From the NCBI GenBank assembly GCA_964016885.1, contig OZ024751.1, forward strand, positions 37,696,001 to 37,760,000: a DNA stretch of 64,000 nucleotides, read 5' to 3'. Positions 26,001 through 41,381 of this stretch are shown here, piece by piece. Each line of letters begins with the position of its first letter. Within the stretch, counting starts at the first letter, position 1. Made by a program: the position numbers and the translations under genes. The notes below the pieces were generated by a model. That model had not been told where the DNA came from. It did no database searches and saw only the letters and a program-made list of their open reading frames with translations. The stretch is from Eledone cirrhosa (taxonomy: Eukaryota).

Positions 26001-29000
26001 AGTGTTGGATAAGAATAGTGTTGGATAAGACTAGTGTTGGATAAGACTAGTGTTGGATAAGACTAGTGTTGGATAAGACTAGTGTTGCATAAGACTAGTG
26101 TTGGATAAGACTAGTGTTGGATAAGACTAGTGTTACATAAGACTAGTGTTGGATAAGACTAGTGTTGCATAAGACTAGAGTTGGATAAGACTAGTGTTGG
26201 ATAAGACTAGTGTTGGATAAGACTAGTGTTGGATAAGACTAGTGTTGGATAAGAGTAGTGTTGGATAAGACTAGTGTTGGATAAGACTAGTGTTGGATAA
26301 GAATAGTGTTGGATAAGACTAGTGTTGGATAAGAGTAGTGTTGGATAAGACTAGTTTTGGATAAGACTAGTGTTGGATAAGACTAGTGTTGGATAAGACT
26401 AGTGTTGGATAAGAGTAGTGTTGGATAAGACTAGTGTTGGATAAGACTAGTGTTGGATAAGACTAGTGTTGGATAAGAATAGTGTTGGATAAGACTAGTG
26501 TTGGATAAGAGTAGTGTTGGATAAGACTAGTGTTGGATAAGACTAGTGTTGGATAAGAATAGTGTTGGATAAGACTAGTGTTGGATAAGACTAGTGTTGG
26601 ATAAGACTAGTGTTGGATAAGACTAGTGTTGGATAAGAATAGTGTTGGATAAGACTAGTGTTGGATAAGAGTAGTGTTGGATAAGACTAGTGTTGCATAA
26701 GACTAGAGTTGGATAAGACTAGTGTTGGATAAGACTAGTGTTGGATAAGACTAGTGTTGCATAAGACTAGTGTTGGATAAGACTAGTGTTGGATAAGACT
26801 AGTGTTGGATAAGACTAGTGTTGGATAAGACTAGTGTTGGATAAGAGTATTGTTGGATAAGACTAGTGTTGCATAAGACTAGTGTTGGATAAGACTAGTG
26901 TTGGATAAGACTAGTGTTGCATAAGACTAGTGTTGGATAAGACTAGTGTTGGATAAGACTAGTGTTGGATAAGACTAGTGTTGGATAAGACTAGTGTTGC
27001 ATAAGACTAGTGTTGGATAAGACTAGTGTTGGATAAGACTAGTGTTGGATAAGACTAGTGTTGGATAAGACTAGTGTTGGATAAAAATAGTGTTGGATAA
27101 GACTAGTGTTGGATAAGAGTAGTGTTGGATAAGACTAGTTTTGGATAAGACTAGTGTTGGATAAGAGTAGTGTTGGATAAGACTAGTGTTGGATAAGACT
27201 AGTGTTACATAAGACTAGTGTTGGATAAGACTAGTGTTGCATAAGACTAGTGTTGGATAAGACTAGTGTTGGATAAGACTAGTGTTGCATAAGACTAGTG
27301 TTGGATAAGACTAGTGTTGGATAAGACTAGTGTTGGATAAGAGTAGTGTTGGATAAGACTAGTGTTGCATAAGACTAGTGTTGGATAAGACTAGTGTTGG
27401 ATAAGACTAGTGTTGCATAAGACTAGTGTTGGATAAGACTAGTGTTGGATAAGAGTAGTGTTGGATAAGACTAGTGTTGCATAAGACTAGTGTTGGATAA
27501 GACTAGTGTTGGATAAGACTAGTGTTGGATAAGAGTAGTGTTGGATAAGACTAGTGTTGCATAAGACTAGTGTTGGATAAGACTAGTGTTGGATAAGACT
27601 AGTGTTGCATAAGACTAGTGTTGGATAAGACTAGTGTTGGATAAGAGTAGTGTTGCATAAGACTAGTGTTGCAGAAGACTAGTGTTGGATAAGACTAGTG
27701 TTGGATAAGACTAGTGTTGGATAAGAGTAGTGTTGGATAAGACTAGTGTTGCATAAGACTAGTGTTGGATAAGACTAGTGTTGGATAAGACTAGTGTTGG
27801 ATAAGACTAGTGTTGCATAAGACTAGTGTTGGATAAGACTAGTGTTGCATAAGACTAGTGTTGGATAAGACTAGTGTTGGATAAGAGTAGTGTTGGATAA
27901 GACTAGTGTTGCATAAGACTAGTGTTGGATAAGACTAGTGTTGGATAAGAATAGTGTTGGATAAGAATAGTGTTGGATAAGACTAGTGTTGGATAAGACT
28001 AGTGTTGGATAAGAGTAGTGTTGGATAAGACTAGTGTTGCATAAGACTAGTGTTGCATAAGACTAGTGTTGGATAAGACTAGTGTTGGATAAGAGTAGTG
28101 TTGGATAAGACTAGTGTTGCATAAGACTAGTGTTGGATAAGACTAGTGTTGGATAAGAATAGTGTTGGATAAGAATAGTGTTGGATAAGACTAGTGTTGG
28201 ATAAGACTAGTGTTGGATAAGACTAGTGTTGGATAAGACTAGTGTTGCATAAGACTAGTGTTGGATAAGACTAGTGTTGGATAAGACTAGTGTTACATAA
28301 GACTAGTGTTGGATAAGACTAGTGTTGCATAAGACTAGTGTTGGATAAGACTAGTGTTGGATAAGACTAGTGTTGGATAAGACTAGTGTTGGATAAGACT
28401 AGTGTTGCATAAGACTAGTGTTGGATAAGACTAGTGTTGGATAAGACTAGTGTTGGATAAGACTAGTGTTGGATAAGAATAGTGTTGGATAAGACTAGTG
28501 TTGGATAAGACTAGTGTTGGATAAGAATAGTGTTGCATAAGACTAGTGTTGGATAAGACTAGTGTTGGATAAGACTAGTGTTGGATAAGACTAGTGTTGG
28601 ATAAGACTAGTGTTGGATAAGACTAGTGTTGGATAAGACTAGTGTTGGATAAGACTAGTGTTGGATAAGACTAGTGTTGGATAAGAATAGTGTTGGATAA
28701 GACTAGTGTTGGATAAGACTAGTGTTGGATAAGACTAGTGTTGGATAAGACTAGTGTTGGATAAGACTAGTGTTGGATAAGAATAGTGTTGGATAAGACT
28801 AGTGTTGGATAAGAATAGTGTTGGATAAGACTAGTGTTGCATAAGACTAGTGTTGGATAAGACTAGTGTTGGATAAGACTAGTGTTGGATAAGACTAGTG
28901 TTGGATAAGAATAGTGTTGGATAGGACTAGTGTTGGATAAGACTAGTGTTGGATAAGACTAATGTTGGATAAGACTAGTGTTGGATAAGACTAGTGTTGC

Positions 29001-32000
29001 ATAAGACTAGTGTTGGATAAGACTAGTGTTGGATAAGACTAGTGTTTGATAAGACTAGTGTTGGATAAGACTAGTGTTGGATAAGACTAGTGTTGGATAA
29101 GACTAGTGTTTGATAAGACTAGTGTTGGATAAGACTAGTGTTGGATAAGACTAGTGTTTGATAAGACTAGTGTTGGATAAGACTAGTGTTGGATAAGACT
29201 AGTGTTGGATAAGTCTAGTGTTGGATAAGACTAGTGTTGGATAAGACTAGTGTTGGATAAGACTAGTGTTGGATAAGACTAGTGTTGCATAAGACTAGTG
29301 TTGGATAAGACTAGTGTTGGATAAGAATAGTGTTGGATAAGACTAGTGTTGGATAAGACTAGTGTTGGATAAGAATAGTGTTGGATAAGACTAGTGTTGC
29401 ATAAGACTAGTGTTGGATAAGACTAGTGTTGGATAAGACTAGTGTTGGCTAAGACTAGTGTTGGATAAGAATAGTGTTGGATAAGACTAGTGTTGGATAA
29501 GACTAGTGTTGGATAAGACTAATGTTGGATAAGACTAGTGTTGGATAAGACTAGTGTTGCATAAGACTAGTGTTGGATAAGACTAGTGTTGGATAAGACT
29601 AGTGTTTGATAAGACTAGTGTTGGATAAGACTAGTGTTGGATAAGACTAGTGTTGGATAAGACTAGTGTTTGATAAGACTAGTGTTGGATAAGACAAGTG
29701 TTGGATAAGACTAGTGTTTGATAAGACTAGTGTTGGATAAGACTAGTGTTGGATAAGACTAGTGTTGGATAAGACTAGTGTTGGATAAGACTAGTGTTGG
29801 ATAAGACTAGTGTTGGATAAGAGTAGTGTTGGATAAGACTAGTGTTGCATAAGACTAGTGTTGGATAAGACTAGTGTTGGATAAGAATAGTGTTGGATAA
29901 GACTAGTGTTGGATAAGACTAGTGTTGGATAAGACTAGTGTTGGATAAGACTAGTGTTGGATAAGAATAGTGTTGGATAAGACTAGTGTTGGATAAGACT
30001 AGTGTTGGATAAGAATAGTGTTGCATAAGACTAGTGTTGGATAAGACTAGTGTTGGATAAGACTAGTGTTTGATAAGACTAGTGTTGGATAAGACTAGTG
30101 TTGGATAAGACTAGTGTTGGATAAGACTAGTGTTGGATAAGACTAGTGTTGGATAAGACTAGTGTTGGATAAGAGTAGTGTTGGATAAGACTAGTGTTGC
30201 ATAAGACTAGTGTTGGATAAGACTAGTGTTGGATAAGAATAGTGTTGGATAAGAATAGTGTTGGATAAGACTAGTGTTGGATAAGACTAGTGTTGGATAA
30301 GACTAGTGTTGGATAAGACTAGTGTTGCATAAGACTAGTGTTGGATAAGACTAGTGTTGGATAAGACTAGTGTTACATAAGACTAGTGTTGGATAAGACT
30401 AGTGTTGCATAAGACTAGAGTTGGATAAGACTAGTGTTGGATAAGACTAGTGTTGGATAAGACTAGTGTTGGATAAGACTAGTGTTGGATAAGAGTAGTG
30501 TTGGATAAGACTAGTGTTGGATAAGACTAGTGTTGGATAAGAATAGTGTTGGATAAGACTAGTGTTGGATAAGAGTAGTGTTGGATAAGACTAGTGTTGG
30601 ATAAGACTAGTGTTGGATAAGACTAGTGTTGGATAAGACTAGTGTTGGATAAGAGTAGTGTTGGATAAGACTAGTGTTGGATAAGACTAGTGTTGGATAA
30701 GACTAGTGTTGGATAAGAATAGTGTTGGATAAGACTAGTGTTGGATAAGAGTAGTGTTGGATAAGACTAGTGTTGGATAAGACTAGTGTTGGATAAGAAT
30801 AGTGTTGGATAAGACTAGTGTTGGATAAGACTAGTGTTGGATAAGACTAGTGTTGGATAAGACTAGTGTTGGATAAGAATAGTGTTGGATAAGACTAGTG
30901 TTGGATAAGAGTAGTGTTGGATAAGACTAGTGTTGCATAAGACTAGAGTTGGATAAGACTAGTGTTGGATAAGACTAGTGTTGGATAAGACTAGTGTTGC
31001 ATAAGACTAGTGTTGGATAAGACTAGTGTTGGATAAGACTAGTGTTGGATAAGACTAGTGTTGGATAAGACTAGTGTTGGATAAGAGTAGTGTTGGATAA
31101 GACTAGTGTTGCATAAGACTAGTGTTGGATAAGACTAGTGTTGGATAAGACTAGTGTTGCATAAGACTAGTGTTGGATAAGACTAGTGTTGGATAAGACT
31201 AGTGTTGGATAAGACTAGTGTTGGATAAGACTAGTGTTGCATAAGACTAGTGTTGGATAAGACTAGTGTTGGATAAGACTAGTGTTGGATAAGACTAGTG
31301 TTGGATAAGACTAGTGTTGGATAAGACTAGTGTTGGATAAAAATAGTGTTGGATAAGACTAGTGTTGGATAAGAGTAGTGTTGGATAAGACTAGTTTTGG
31401 ATAAGACTAGTGTTGGATAAGAGTAGTGTTGGATAAGACTAGTGTTGGATAAGACTAGTGTTACATAAGACTAGTGTTGGATAAGACTAGTGTTGCATAA
31501 GACTAGTGTTGGATAAGACTAGTGTTGGATAAGACTAGTGTTGCATAAGACTAGTGTTGGATAAGACTAGTGTTGGATAAGACTAGTGTTGGATAAGAGT
31601 AGTGTTGGATAAGACTAGTGTTGCATAAGACTAGTGTTGGATAAGACTAGTGTTGGATAAGACTAGTGTTGCATAAGACTAGTGTTGGATAAGACTAGTG
31701 TTGGATAAGAGTAGTGTTGGATAAGACTAGTGTTGCATAAGACTAGTGTTGGATAAGACTAGTGTTGGATAAGACTAGTGTTGGATAAGAGTAGTGTTGG
31801 ATAAGACTAGTGTTGCATAAGACTAGTGTTGGATAAGACTAGTGTTGGATAAGACTAGTGTTGCATAAGACTAGTGTTGGATAAGACTAGTGTTGGATAA
31901 GAGTAGTGTTGCATAAGACTAGTGTTGCATAAGACTAGTGTTGGATAAGACTAGTGTTGGATAAGACTAGTGTTGGATAAGAGTAGTGTTGGATAAGACT

Positions 32001-34877
32001 AGTGTTGCATAAGACTAGTGTTGGATAAGACTAGTGTTGGATAAGACTAGTGTTGGATAAGACTAGTGTTGCATAAGACTAGTGTTGGATAAGACTAGTG
32101 TTGCATAAGACTAGTGTTGGATAAGACTAGTGTTGGATAAGAGTAGTGTTGGATAAGACTAGTGTTGCATAAGACTAGTGTTGGATAAGACTAGTGTTGG
32201 ATAAGAATAGTGTTGGATAAGAATAGTGTTGGATAAGACTAGTGTTGGATAAGACTAGTGTTGGATAAGAGTAGTGTTGGATAAGACTAGTGTTGCATAA
32301 GACTAGTGTTGCATAAGACTAGTGTTGGATAAGACTAGTGTTGGATAAGAGTAGTGTTGGATAAGACTAGTGTTGCATAAGACTAGTGTTGGATAAGACT
32401 AGTGTTGGATAAGAATAGTGTTGGATAAGAATAGTGTTGGATAAGACTAGTGTTGGATAAGACTAGTGTTGGATAAGACTAGTGTTGGATAAGACTAGTG
32501 TTGCATAAGACTAGTGTTGGATAAGACTAGTGTTGGATAAGACTAGTGTTACATAAGACTAGTGTTGGATAAGACTAGTGTTGCATAAGACTAGTGTTGG
32601 ATAAGACTAGTGTTGGATAAGACTAGTGTTGGATAAGACTAGTGTTGGATAAGACTAGTGTTGCATAAGACTAGTGTTGGATAAGACTAGTGTTGGATAA
32701 GACTAGTGTTGGATAAGACTAGTGTTGGATAAGAATAGTGTTGGATAAGACTAGTGTTGGATAAGACTAGTGTTGGATAAGAATAGTGTTGCATAAGACT
32801 AGTGTTGGATAAGACTAGTGTTGGATAAGACTAGTGTTGGATAAGACTAGTGTTGGATAAGACTAGTGTTGGATAAGACTAGTGTTGGATAAGACTAGTG
32901 TTGGATAAGACTAGTGTTGGATAAGACTAGTGTTGGATAAGAATAGTGTTGGATAAGACTAGTGTTGGATAAGACTAGTGTTGGATAAGACTAGTGTTGG
33001 ATAAGACTAGTGTTGGATAAGACTAGTGTTGGATAAGACTAGTGTTGGATAAGAATAGTGTTGGATAAGACTAGTGTTGGATAAGAATAGTGTTGGATAA
33101 GACTAGTGTTGCATAAGACTAGTGTTGGATAAGACTAGTGTTGGATAAGACTAGTGTTGGATAAGACTAGTGTTGGATAAGAATAGTGTTGGATAGGACT
33201 AGTGTTGGATAAGACTAGTGTTGGATAAGACTAATGTTGGATAAGACTAGTGTTGGATAAGACTAGTGTTGCATAAGACTAGTGTTGGATAAGACTAGTG
33301 TTGGATAAGACTAGTGTTTGATAAGACTAGTGTTGGATAAGACTAGTGTTGGATAAGACTAGTGTTGGATAAGACTAGTGTTTGATAAGACTAGTGTTGG
33401 ATAAGACTAGTGTTGGATAAGACTAGTGTTTGATAAGACTAGTGTTGGATAAGACTAGTGTTGGATAAGACTAGTGTTGGATAAGACTAGTGTTGGATAA
33501 GACTAGTGTTGGATAAGACTAGTGTTGGATAAGAGTAGTGTTGGATAAGACTAGTGTTGCATAAGACTAGTGTTGGATAAGACTAGTGTTGGATAAGAAT
33601 AGTGTTGGATAAGAATAGTGTTGGATAAGACTAGTGTTGGATAAGACTAGTGTTGGATAAGACTAGTGTTGGATAAGACTAGTGTTGCATAAGACTAGTG
33701 TTGGATAAGACTAGTGTTGGATAAGACTAGTGTTACATAAGACTAGTGTTGGATAAGACTAGTGTTGCATAAGACTAGTGTTGGATAAGACTAGTGTTGG
33801 ATAAGACTAGTGTTGGATAAGACTAGTGTTGGATAAGACTAGTGTTGCATAAGACTAGTGTTGGATAAGACTAGTGTTGGATAAGACTAGTGTTGGATAA
33901 GACTAGTGTTGGATAAGAATAGTGTTGGATAAGACTAGTGTTGGATAAGACTAGTGTTGGATAAGAATAGTGTTGCATAAGACTAGTGTTGGATAAGACT
34001 AGTGTTGGATAAGACTAGTGTTGGATAAGACTAGTGTTGGATAAGACTAGTGTTGGATAAGACTAGTGTTGGATAAGACTAGTGTTGGATAAGACTAGTG
34101 TTGGATAAGACTAGTGTTGGATAAGAATAGTGTTGGATAAGACTAGTGTTGGATAAGACTAGTGTTGGATAAGACTAGTGTTGGATAAGACTAGTGTTGG
34201 ATAAGAATAGTGTTGGATAAGACTAGTGTTGGATAAGACTAGTGTTGGATAAGAATAGTGTTGCATAAGACTAGTGTTGGATAAGACTAGTGTTGGATAA
34301 GACTAGTGTTGGATAAGACTAGTGTTGGATAAGACTAGTGTTGGATAAGAATAGTGTTGGATAAGACTAGTGTTGGATAAGAATAGTGTTGGATAAGACT
34401 AGTGTTGCATAAGACTAGTGTTGGATAAGACTAGTGTTGGATAAGACTAGTGTTGGATAAGACTAGTGTTGGATAAGAATAGTGTTGGATAAGACTAGTG
34501 TTGGATAAGACTAGTGTTGGATAAGACTAATGTTGGATAAGACTAGTGTTGGATAAGATTAGTGTTGCATAAGACTAGTGTTGGATAAGACTAGTGTTGG
34601 ATAAGACTAGTGTTTGATAAGACTAGTGTTGGATAAGACTAGTGTTGGATAAGACTAGTGTTGGATAAGACTAGTGTTTGATAAGACTAGTGTTGGATAA
34701 GACTAGTGTTGGATAAGACTAGTGTTTGATAAGACTAGTGTTGGATAAGACTAGTGTTGGATAAGACTAGTGTTGGATAAGACTAGTGTTGGATAAGACT
34801 AGTGTTGGATAAGACTAGTGTTTGATAAGACTAGTGTTGGATAAGACTAGTGTTGGATAAGACTAGTGTTGGATAAG
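17012..34877. repeat. Satellite array, 16-bp unit GGATAAGACTAGTGTT, ~1,117 copies
   Basis: Continuous tandem array. The 16-bp phase holds from start to end and only substitution variants were seen. Confidence 0.99.
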
Positions 34878-34965
34878 CCATTGTATTACAGACGAAATAA
34901 GTAATATTGGGTATCTTCATGACATGTTATCAAGGTTTTGTTTAATGACCTTATATATATATATA

Positions 34966-35260
34966 TTTAAAGGTTAAACAAGGTTCAATGAATAAATCAA
35001 AGAATGAGTTTTACAATAGATTGGAAGCACTCAACAGAAATAGTTTTCCGGAGTTATTAATATTAATTCAAAATATTAATATTAACTCATGACTACCATG
35101 ACTGAATATTAACCATCTACTAAGTCAGGGTATATCATGCATCATCTTATTTTATCTGATGAGGACGTACTGTTGAAGATAACTCAGTACCTCTGAAATA
35201 TGTATAATAAAATATACTTGATCACACGAATGTCTATTTTTGTTAATGTTTTGAATTAAT
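34966..35260 (+). mobile_element. Family B hammerhead element, copy B1, in (TA)n
   Basis: Inverted tail plus ~20-bp inverted end (atattaattcaaaatattaa / ttaatgtttttgaattaat), then the sense body. Reverse-complement homolog at 44311-44616. Confidence 0.8.
35148..35214 (+). ncRNA. Minimal type-I hammerhead ribozyme (family B)
   Basis: UAUUUUAU-CUGAUGA-GGAC GUACUG..CAGUAC CUCU-GAAA-UAUGUAUA^AUAAAAUA. Stem I is a perfect 8 bp; predicted cut after 35206. Confidence 0.85.
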
Positions 35261-35283
35261 ATATATATATATATATATATAAG

Positions 35284-35468
35284 TGTTTCTACTTTTGGCA
35301 CAAGGCCAGCAATTACTCAGTGCATTACTGGTACTTTATTGTATCGACCCCGTAGGATGAAAGGCAAAGTTAACCTCGGTGGGATTTGAACTTAGAATGG
35401 CAAGGGCTGTAAGTCTATACGTCAAAGCATGGCGTCGACGCTCTACCGATACTGCCAATCCACCGCCC
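35284..35468 (-). mobile_element. tRNA-derived SINE (Deu/Nin-like core)
   Basis: Near-full copy of the main SINE family. Confidence 0.85.
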
Positions 35469-35622
35469 TTATACATATATATATACATATATATATACAT
35501 ATATATACATATATAATATATAGTGCAGAAAAAACGGTGCACGCGGTTCAGCGAAACTGCAGTCGGGACTTTGAAGAACAAATAGGTATATCTCTGTCTA
35601 TTATTTCCTCATAGTTTGTAAT

Positions 35623-35695
<73 letters not shown>

Positions 35696-36419
35696 ATTTG
35701 CATTTAATCTTTAGTAGTGAGAGTATTTGGCTCACGAAAGTAAGGACGTGATTTCCATTCTCAGCGGTGCCTGATTTCCCAGAACAACGCAATATTTATT
35801 CCACATTGCTTCAGCTCACTATACTGGAAATAAAAATGACATATAGTCGTAATACAAAGGTTCTCCCTTATCACATACCGTGTCACAGTGAAACTCCCTG
35901 AGAAATTCATTAAAAGCAATGCGTGTCTGTTCAAAATTGTGTCCAGGGCACGTATAATTTAACGAACAGGCTGTACATTTCATCGAATCAACTGGAGAAC
36001 ATTACACCAAGCAAGACGAAGGTCCAACAACAAAGTAGTTTTGTACTTTATCGTTTCGGTCAATCGATTTTGTACTAGATAACAAAACATATCCGTTAAT
36101 TTTGTTATCCATGTTTCTTGTTTGTTATTGTCTTACTTATTTCCCTTTGTTCCAGATGTAAGTATTTCCCCATTGGTTGATTATTTAGGAGAAGGTGTCA
36201 TCAGTTTCGATTTCAAAGAATAATTACTTAGATAAGCAAATCACTTATTCATTCATCAGTATGTTACGATTGACTGGTGGACGGTGGACGTTCATCAAGT
36301 TTACAGAAATCATGACTGGACATAGGTTTACTGTAATTACTACAGATCACTTTTGTTGTAGGTCATCTTCACTCAAACACACACAGCCTGCCTGTCTGTA
36401 TGTCACTCGCCACACACAT

Positions 36420-37215
<796 letters not shown>

Positions 37216-37554
37216 CATATTTCGTATTGTGATTTCCTCCTGCTGTACATTATAAAGGATTCTAACTAACTATTCACTAGACTAGATAAATCATTCATGC
37301 ACTACAGAGCAGAGATTTTGTTCTCTGCATGTTGGGCAGATGTTTTGTAGTCACGAAACAAAAGCTTTTGTTGATCATGAATTAATTATCATAATGTTAC
37401 TCTCTTGTGTTTATCACATACAACAACATATATATATATATATATATACATGTATACATGTATACATACACATATACATAAACACATACATAGAAGCATA
37501 TATATATATATACACACATATATACATACATATATACATACACATATACATACG

Positions 37555-37616
<62 letters not shown>

Positions 37617-37988
37617 TATGTGATGCGTGTGTTCTCTTTATTGCAACTATGGGGTATTGTCTTGTTTACTACCAGTAATTCTTTTTTCTTTTGTAGTTTC
37701 TGATAATTATTTTTCTACAAATGTAATACAGCGAAACAATTATTACTGATATGTAGCGAATGTATAATGATAATCTAATTATGTTTCAAAGCTCTTTTTA
37801 AAATATATATTTTCTTTTAGCTTGATTCGGTTGGATTACTTGATAAGTTTGACTTTTCAAATGCGTTCTGTTCTGTCTTTCACACAATTCTGTATATCGA
37901 AACTTCAGTATCTAATTCACAGTTATGGGCAGAATGGTAAAGCGTGGGACATTTCTATGTCACTTTTTATTCATGCATGTACGACTTT

Positions 37989-38182
37989 CAGAGCGGCCAA
38001 CACTCCCCATCCAACAGGGAGATTTCCCACCCACTTTGGGATTGATGAGAGATGATTTTACATGTGAAAATGGGTATAGCTTTCATCATGTAAACATCTC
38101 CCATTTTGCATCATTTCTCCCCATTTTGGGGTAGTTTCTACCATGGTACACTCTGTTTGGCTTTTTAGAGATTGGCAGGTCT
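37989..38182. mobile_element. Possible degenerate hAT-like MITE
   Basis: Imperfect TIRs cagagcggccaac / gattggcaggtctg; no clear TSD. Confidence 0.25.
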
Positions 38183-38938
38183 GGGCTTAGCTGAATACCA
38201 GACCTAATCCTAGTTTCGTGATGTGTTATGTTACCCAGAAAACAATACCCTCACCCCAGTAGATTGCATGAGAATCTATCCACAACCGGGCTATCACTGG
38301 ATGTCATTTTTAGTAGAAGGCTCTAGAACAAAGAAAAATGATATGCCTCACACAACATCACATCAATACACCCTGTCTAAGGGAAACATTTTACCATCAC
38401 ACGCAATATATTACATCTGAGTAATTGACACATCCTCCCACAAGAAATCACTCCAACCCTGCGCAGTTGTTCAAATCATATAACCATGATTTTGTGTGCT
38501 AATGTTTTACATTATACCTTATAATATTAGAAGTTCGTTTATCTAATAGGTGTGTGGATTTTGTCTAGTGAGTTTCATGACCTGTTCTGTTTATACACGC
38601 AGTGGCGTCGAAACTGGTGATGTTTGAACTTACTACTCTCGATCCAAATGTACTTTGAATATAAACACGTTTATACTTCTTTCTCTCTCTCTGTATATAT
38701 ATATATGTTTATATATATACAATTGCTAAATATCTCAGTGGAAAACCCAATTATATGGACTAGCAAACAGTAGCTTTTGGTGTCGTAAAGTATCTCATAC
38801 AATTTTTAGTGCAAGTATATCCACAGACGTACGCATGGCTTGATTTTCTGAAAGACCACCTGTAGACTGTAACCATTTCAAAGATTTTCAAAGGTTTCCA
38901 GTGTATTTGCTAATGTACAACTCTCTCTCTCTCTCTCT

Positions 38939-39064
<126 letters not shown>

Positions 39065-39384
39065 GTGTCCACATGTGGTAGACATTTATTCGGAAAGAAT
39101 TTTTAGGTGAAAACATATGTATCATATATAATTTCACTATAAACATAATAACTGTCCATTTATTTATATGTATTATTTGCAATCATTACGTTGTATATGA
39201 GATTTCTATTAGCTTATAGCCTCCTTCTGTATATATGCGTATGTTATAGTTGTGCGCTGCAAACATGAGTGGGCGAAAACAAGACAATTAAATATATTTT
39301 TTTTGAATGAATTTCTTAGAGCAATACAGCTGATTCATCTTTATCTCCATACATACACCACACACACATATGAATGCCTGTATG

Positions 39385-39428
<44 letters not shown>

Positions 39429-39429
39429 G

Positions 39430-39602
39430 CGCGAGCAGAAACGACCACTCGGAAGGCCTCCACGAAGGTGGAGTTATGATTTGAGGAATATGATTGGGAC
39501 TACATGGATGAGGAAAGCACGATCCAGAGAGGAATGGACGGCGTACATTGACCAGCTGCGCCGAATGGACGCCCGACAGACTGGTCAGTCAAGGTGATCA
39601 AG

Positions 39603-39609
<7 letters not shown>
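39430..39609 (+). mobile_element. 5'-truncated RTE-clade LINE 3' end
   Basis: KRPLGRPPRRWSYDL...W...ARSREEW motif, with a short tandem tail (tcaaggtga)x2. Confidence 0.75.
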
Positions 39610-39636
<27 letters not shown>

Positions 39637-39834
39637 CTATAACTTTTTTTTAAAGCCGGTTCAATGCGGTGGAAAAATACGAAGGGTAAATGATGACAAG
39701 TGCAACAGAACAAAAGAAACTGATGTTCTACGCTATGTATTACAGATGCGAAGCTGAAACAGTCCAAGGCTAAACGAACAAGCGATCGGAGTTTCCAGAG
39801 TCGTCTCTCTCCCTCATATATACACACTCATATA

Positions 39835-40022
39835 CAAGGTGGCCCAAAAGTCACACAGGGGTTGCAATATTTAGTAATTTAAAGGTGTGACAAGGATTGA
39901 CGAGAGCAGAATAATTTCCATCCTGTCCTTTAAGTTGTATTAACATTTCATACATCAATCTGTAAATTTCAGGAAGTTAATAATAAAAACTAAAATCCCT
40001 GTGTGACTTTTGAGCCACCCGG
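39835..40022. mobile_element. Tc1/mariner-type MITE
   Basis: ~26-bp TIRs caaggtggcccaaaagtcacacaggg / ccctgtgtgacttttgagccacccgg, flanked by TA on both sides. Confidence 0.8.
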
Positions 40023-40039
40023 TATATATATAAATAATT

Positions 40040-40124
40040 GTTTCTACTTTTGGCACAAGGCCAGCAATTATCCCAGTGCATTACTGGTACTTTATTTTAT
40101 CGACCCCATAAGGATGAAAGGCAA
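40040..40124 (-). mobile_element. Partial SINE (3' part)
   Basis: Same family as 35284-35468. Confidence 0.75.
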
Positions 40125-40467
40125 CAATATTCTGATAAAGGAACACAAACGTAGCCATAGTTGTCTCATCTCGTAACCCTATTTGAAATAACATGGCTAT
40201 TTTTTAATGTAATTTCAAATCACTGTTGGCGTCGTGTAGATTGTTTTCAATGTGAAGCATGCTTGTGACAAATTGATTACGAACTAAGGTGTTACCTTTT
40301 TGGCGTCACTCAATAGAAAAATATCATGAAGTCTCTTTCCAAATAAGTGCAACAATCTTATAGTAGATACAACAGATACTACCTGTAATCTCAGTGCTCA
40401 TTTATATTTACTAATAGAAAAACAAATTCTAGATGACCATTCACTTCATAATTCCAGATATATGTGT

Positions 40468-40552
<85 letters not shown>

Positions 40553-40555
40553 TAC

Positions 40556-40645
<90 letters not shown>

Positions 40646-41381
40646 CTGTATGTATATACACACCATATTTCGGAGACATATTATTTAGGAATTGAGATTA
40701 GGTTTAGCAAAATTGTGGAACTCTATTTCCTTTTTAATAAACTATCTTTGACTGAAGAATGGAAAAGAAAATATAACTGGAATTATATTTCGGATATATC
40801 CATACATCAATCAATAGTAATGTCCAGAAGCAAAAGATGATACCAGATTGATGCAGTACTAGGTCAGTTGCTTAATAATATGAATATCTTTACATAACTT
40901 ATAATTATATAACGCTGTTTTGAAAATTGTTCAATAGAGCAACAGCCCTGACAACCAATATAATATCCATTCATTGTGGCCCATTCATTCAATCTGTGCA
41001 TTGTGAAAATTTATGTAGTGTACGTTTGGAATGATAGAACTAACACATGTTTCACCTGGTATGTTATCATGACAGAATTTAGACCTTGGAAGGAGGGCAC
41101 TCATAAAAAATATTATAATACACAACGAACCCCCAAATTTATCTTTCAAAGTCGACTTGGTGCATGAAATTGTCAAGCTATATATACAGATGTTAAATGA
41201 AAATATCTGAGCAACAGTTTCATTGCATATTCCACACATAAATGTTCATAGAAGCAAACAAAGGAGCAGACACACATACACAAATAGTCATATACATATA
41301 TAAATACATTACGAAGGAAGTGTTGCAAAGAACCAGGTGGACCATATTTTCTAACGTCAAAGATGAGTTTTGAAGTTTGTT

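Noticed and set aside
17012-34877. CRISPR-like array or telomere repeat
   Set aside because: No unique spacers, no cas genes and no TTAGGG. It is a plain tandem satellite with unique flanks on both sides.
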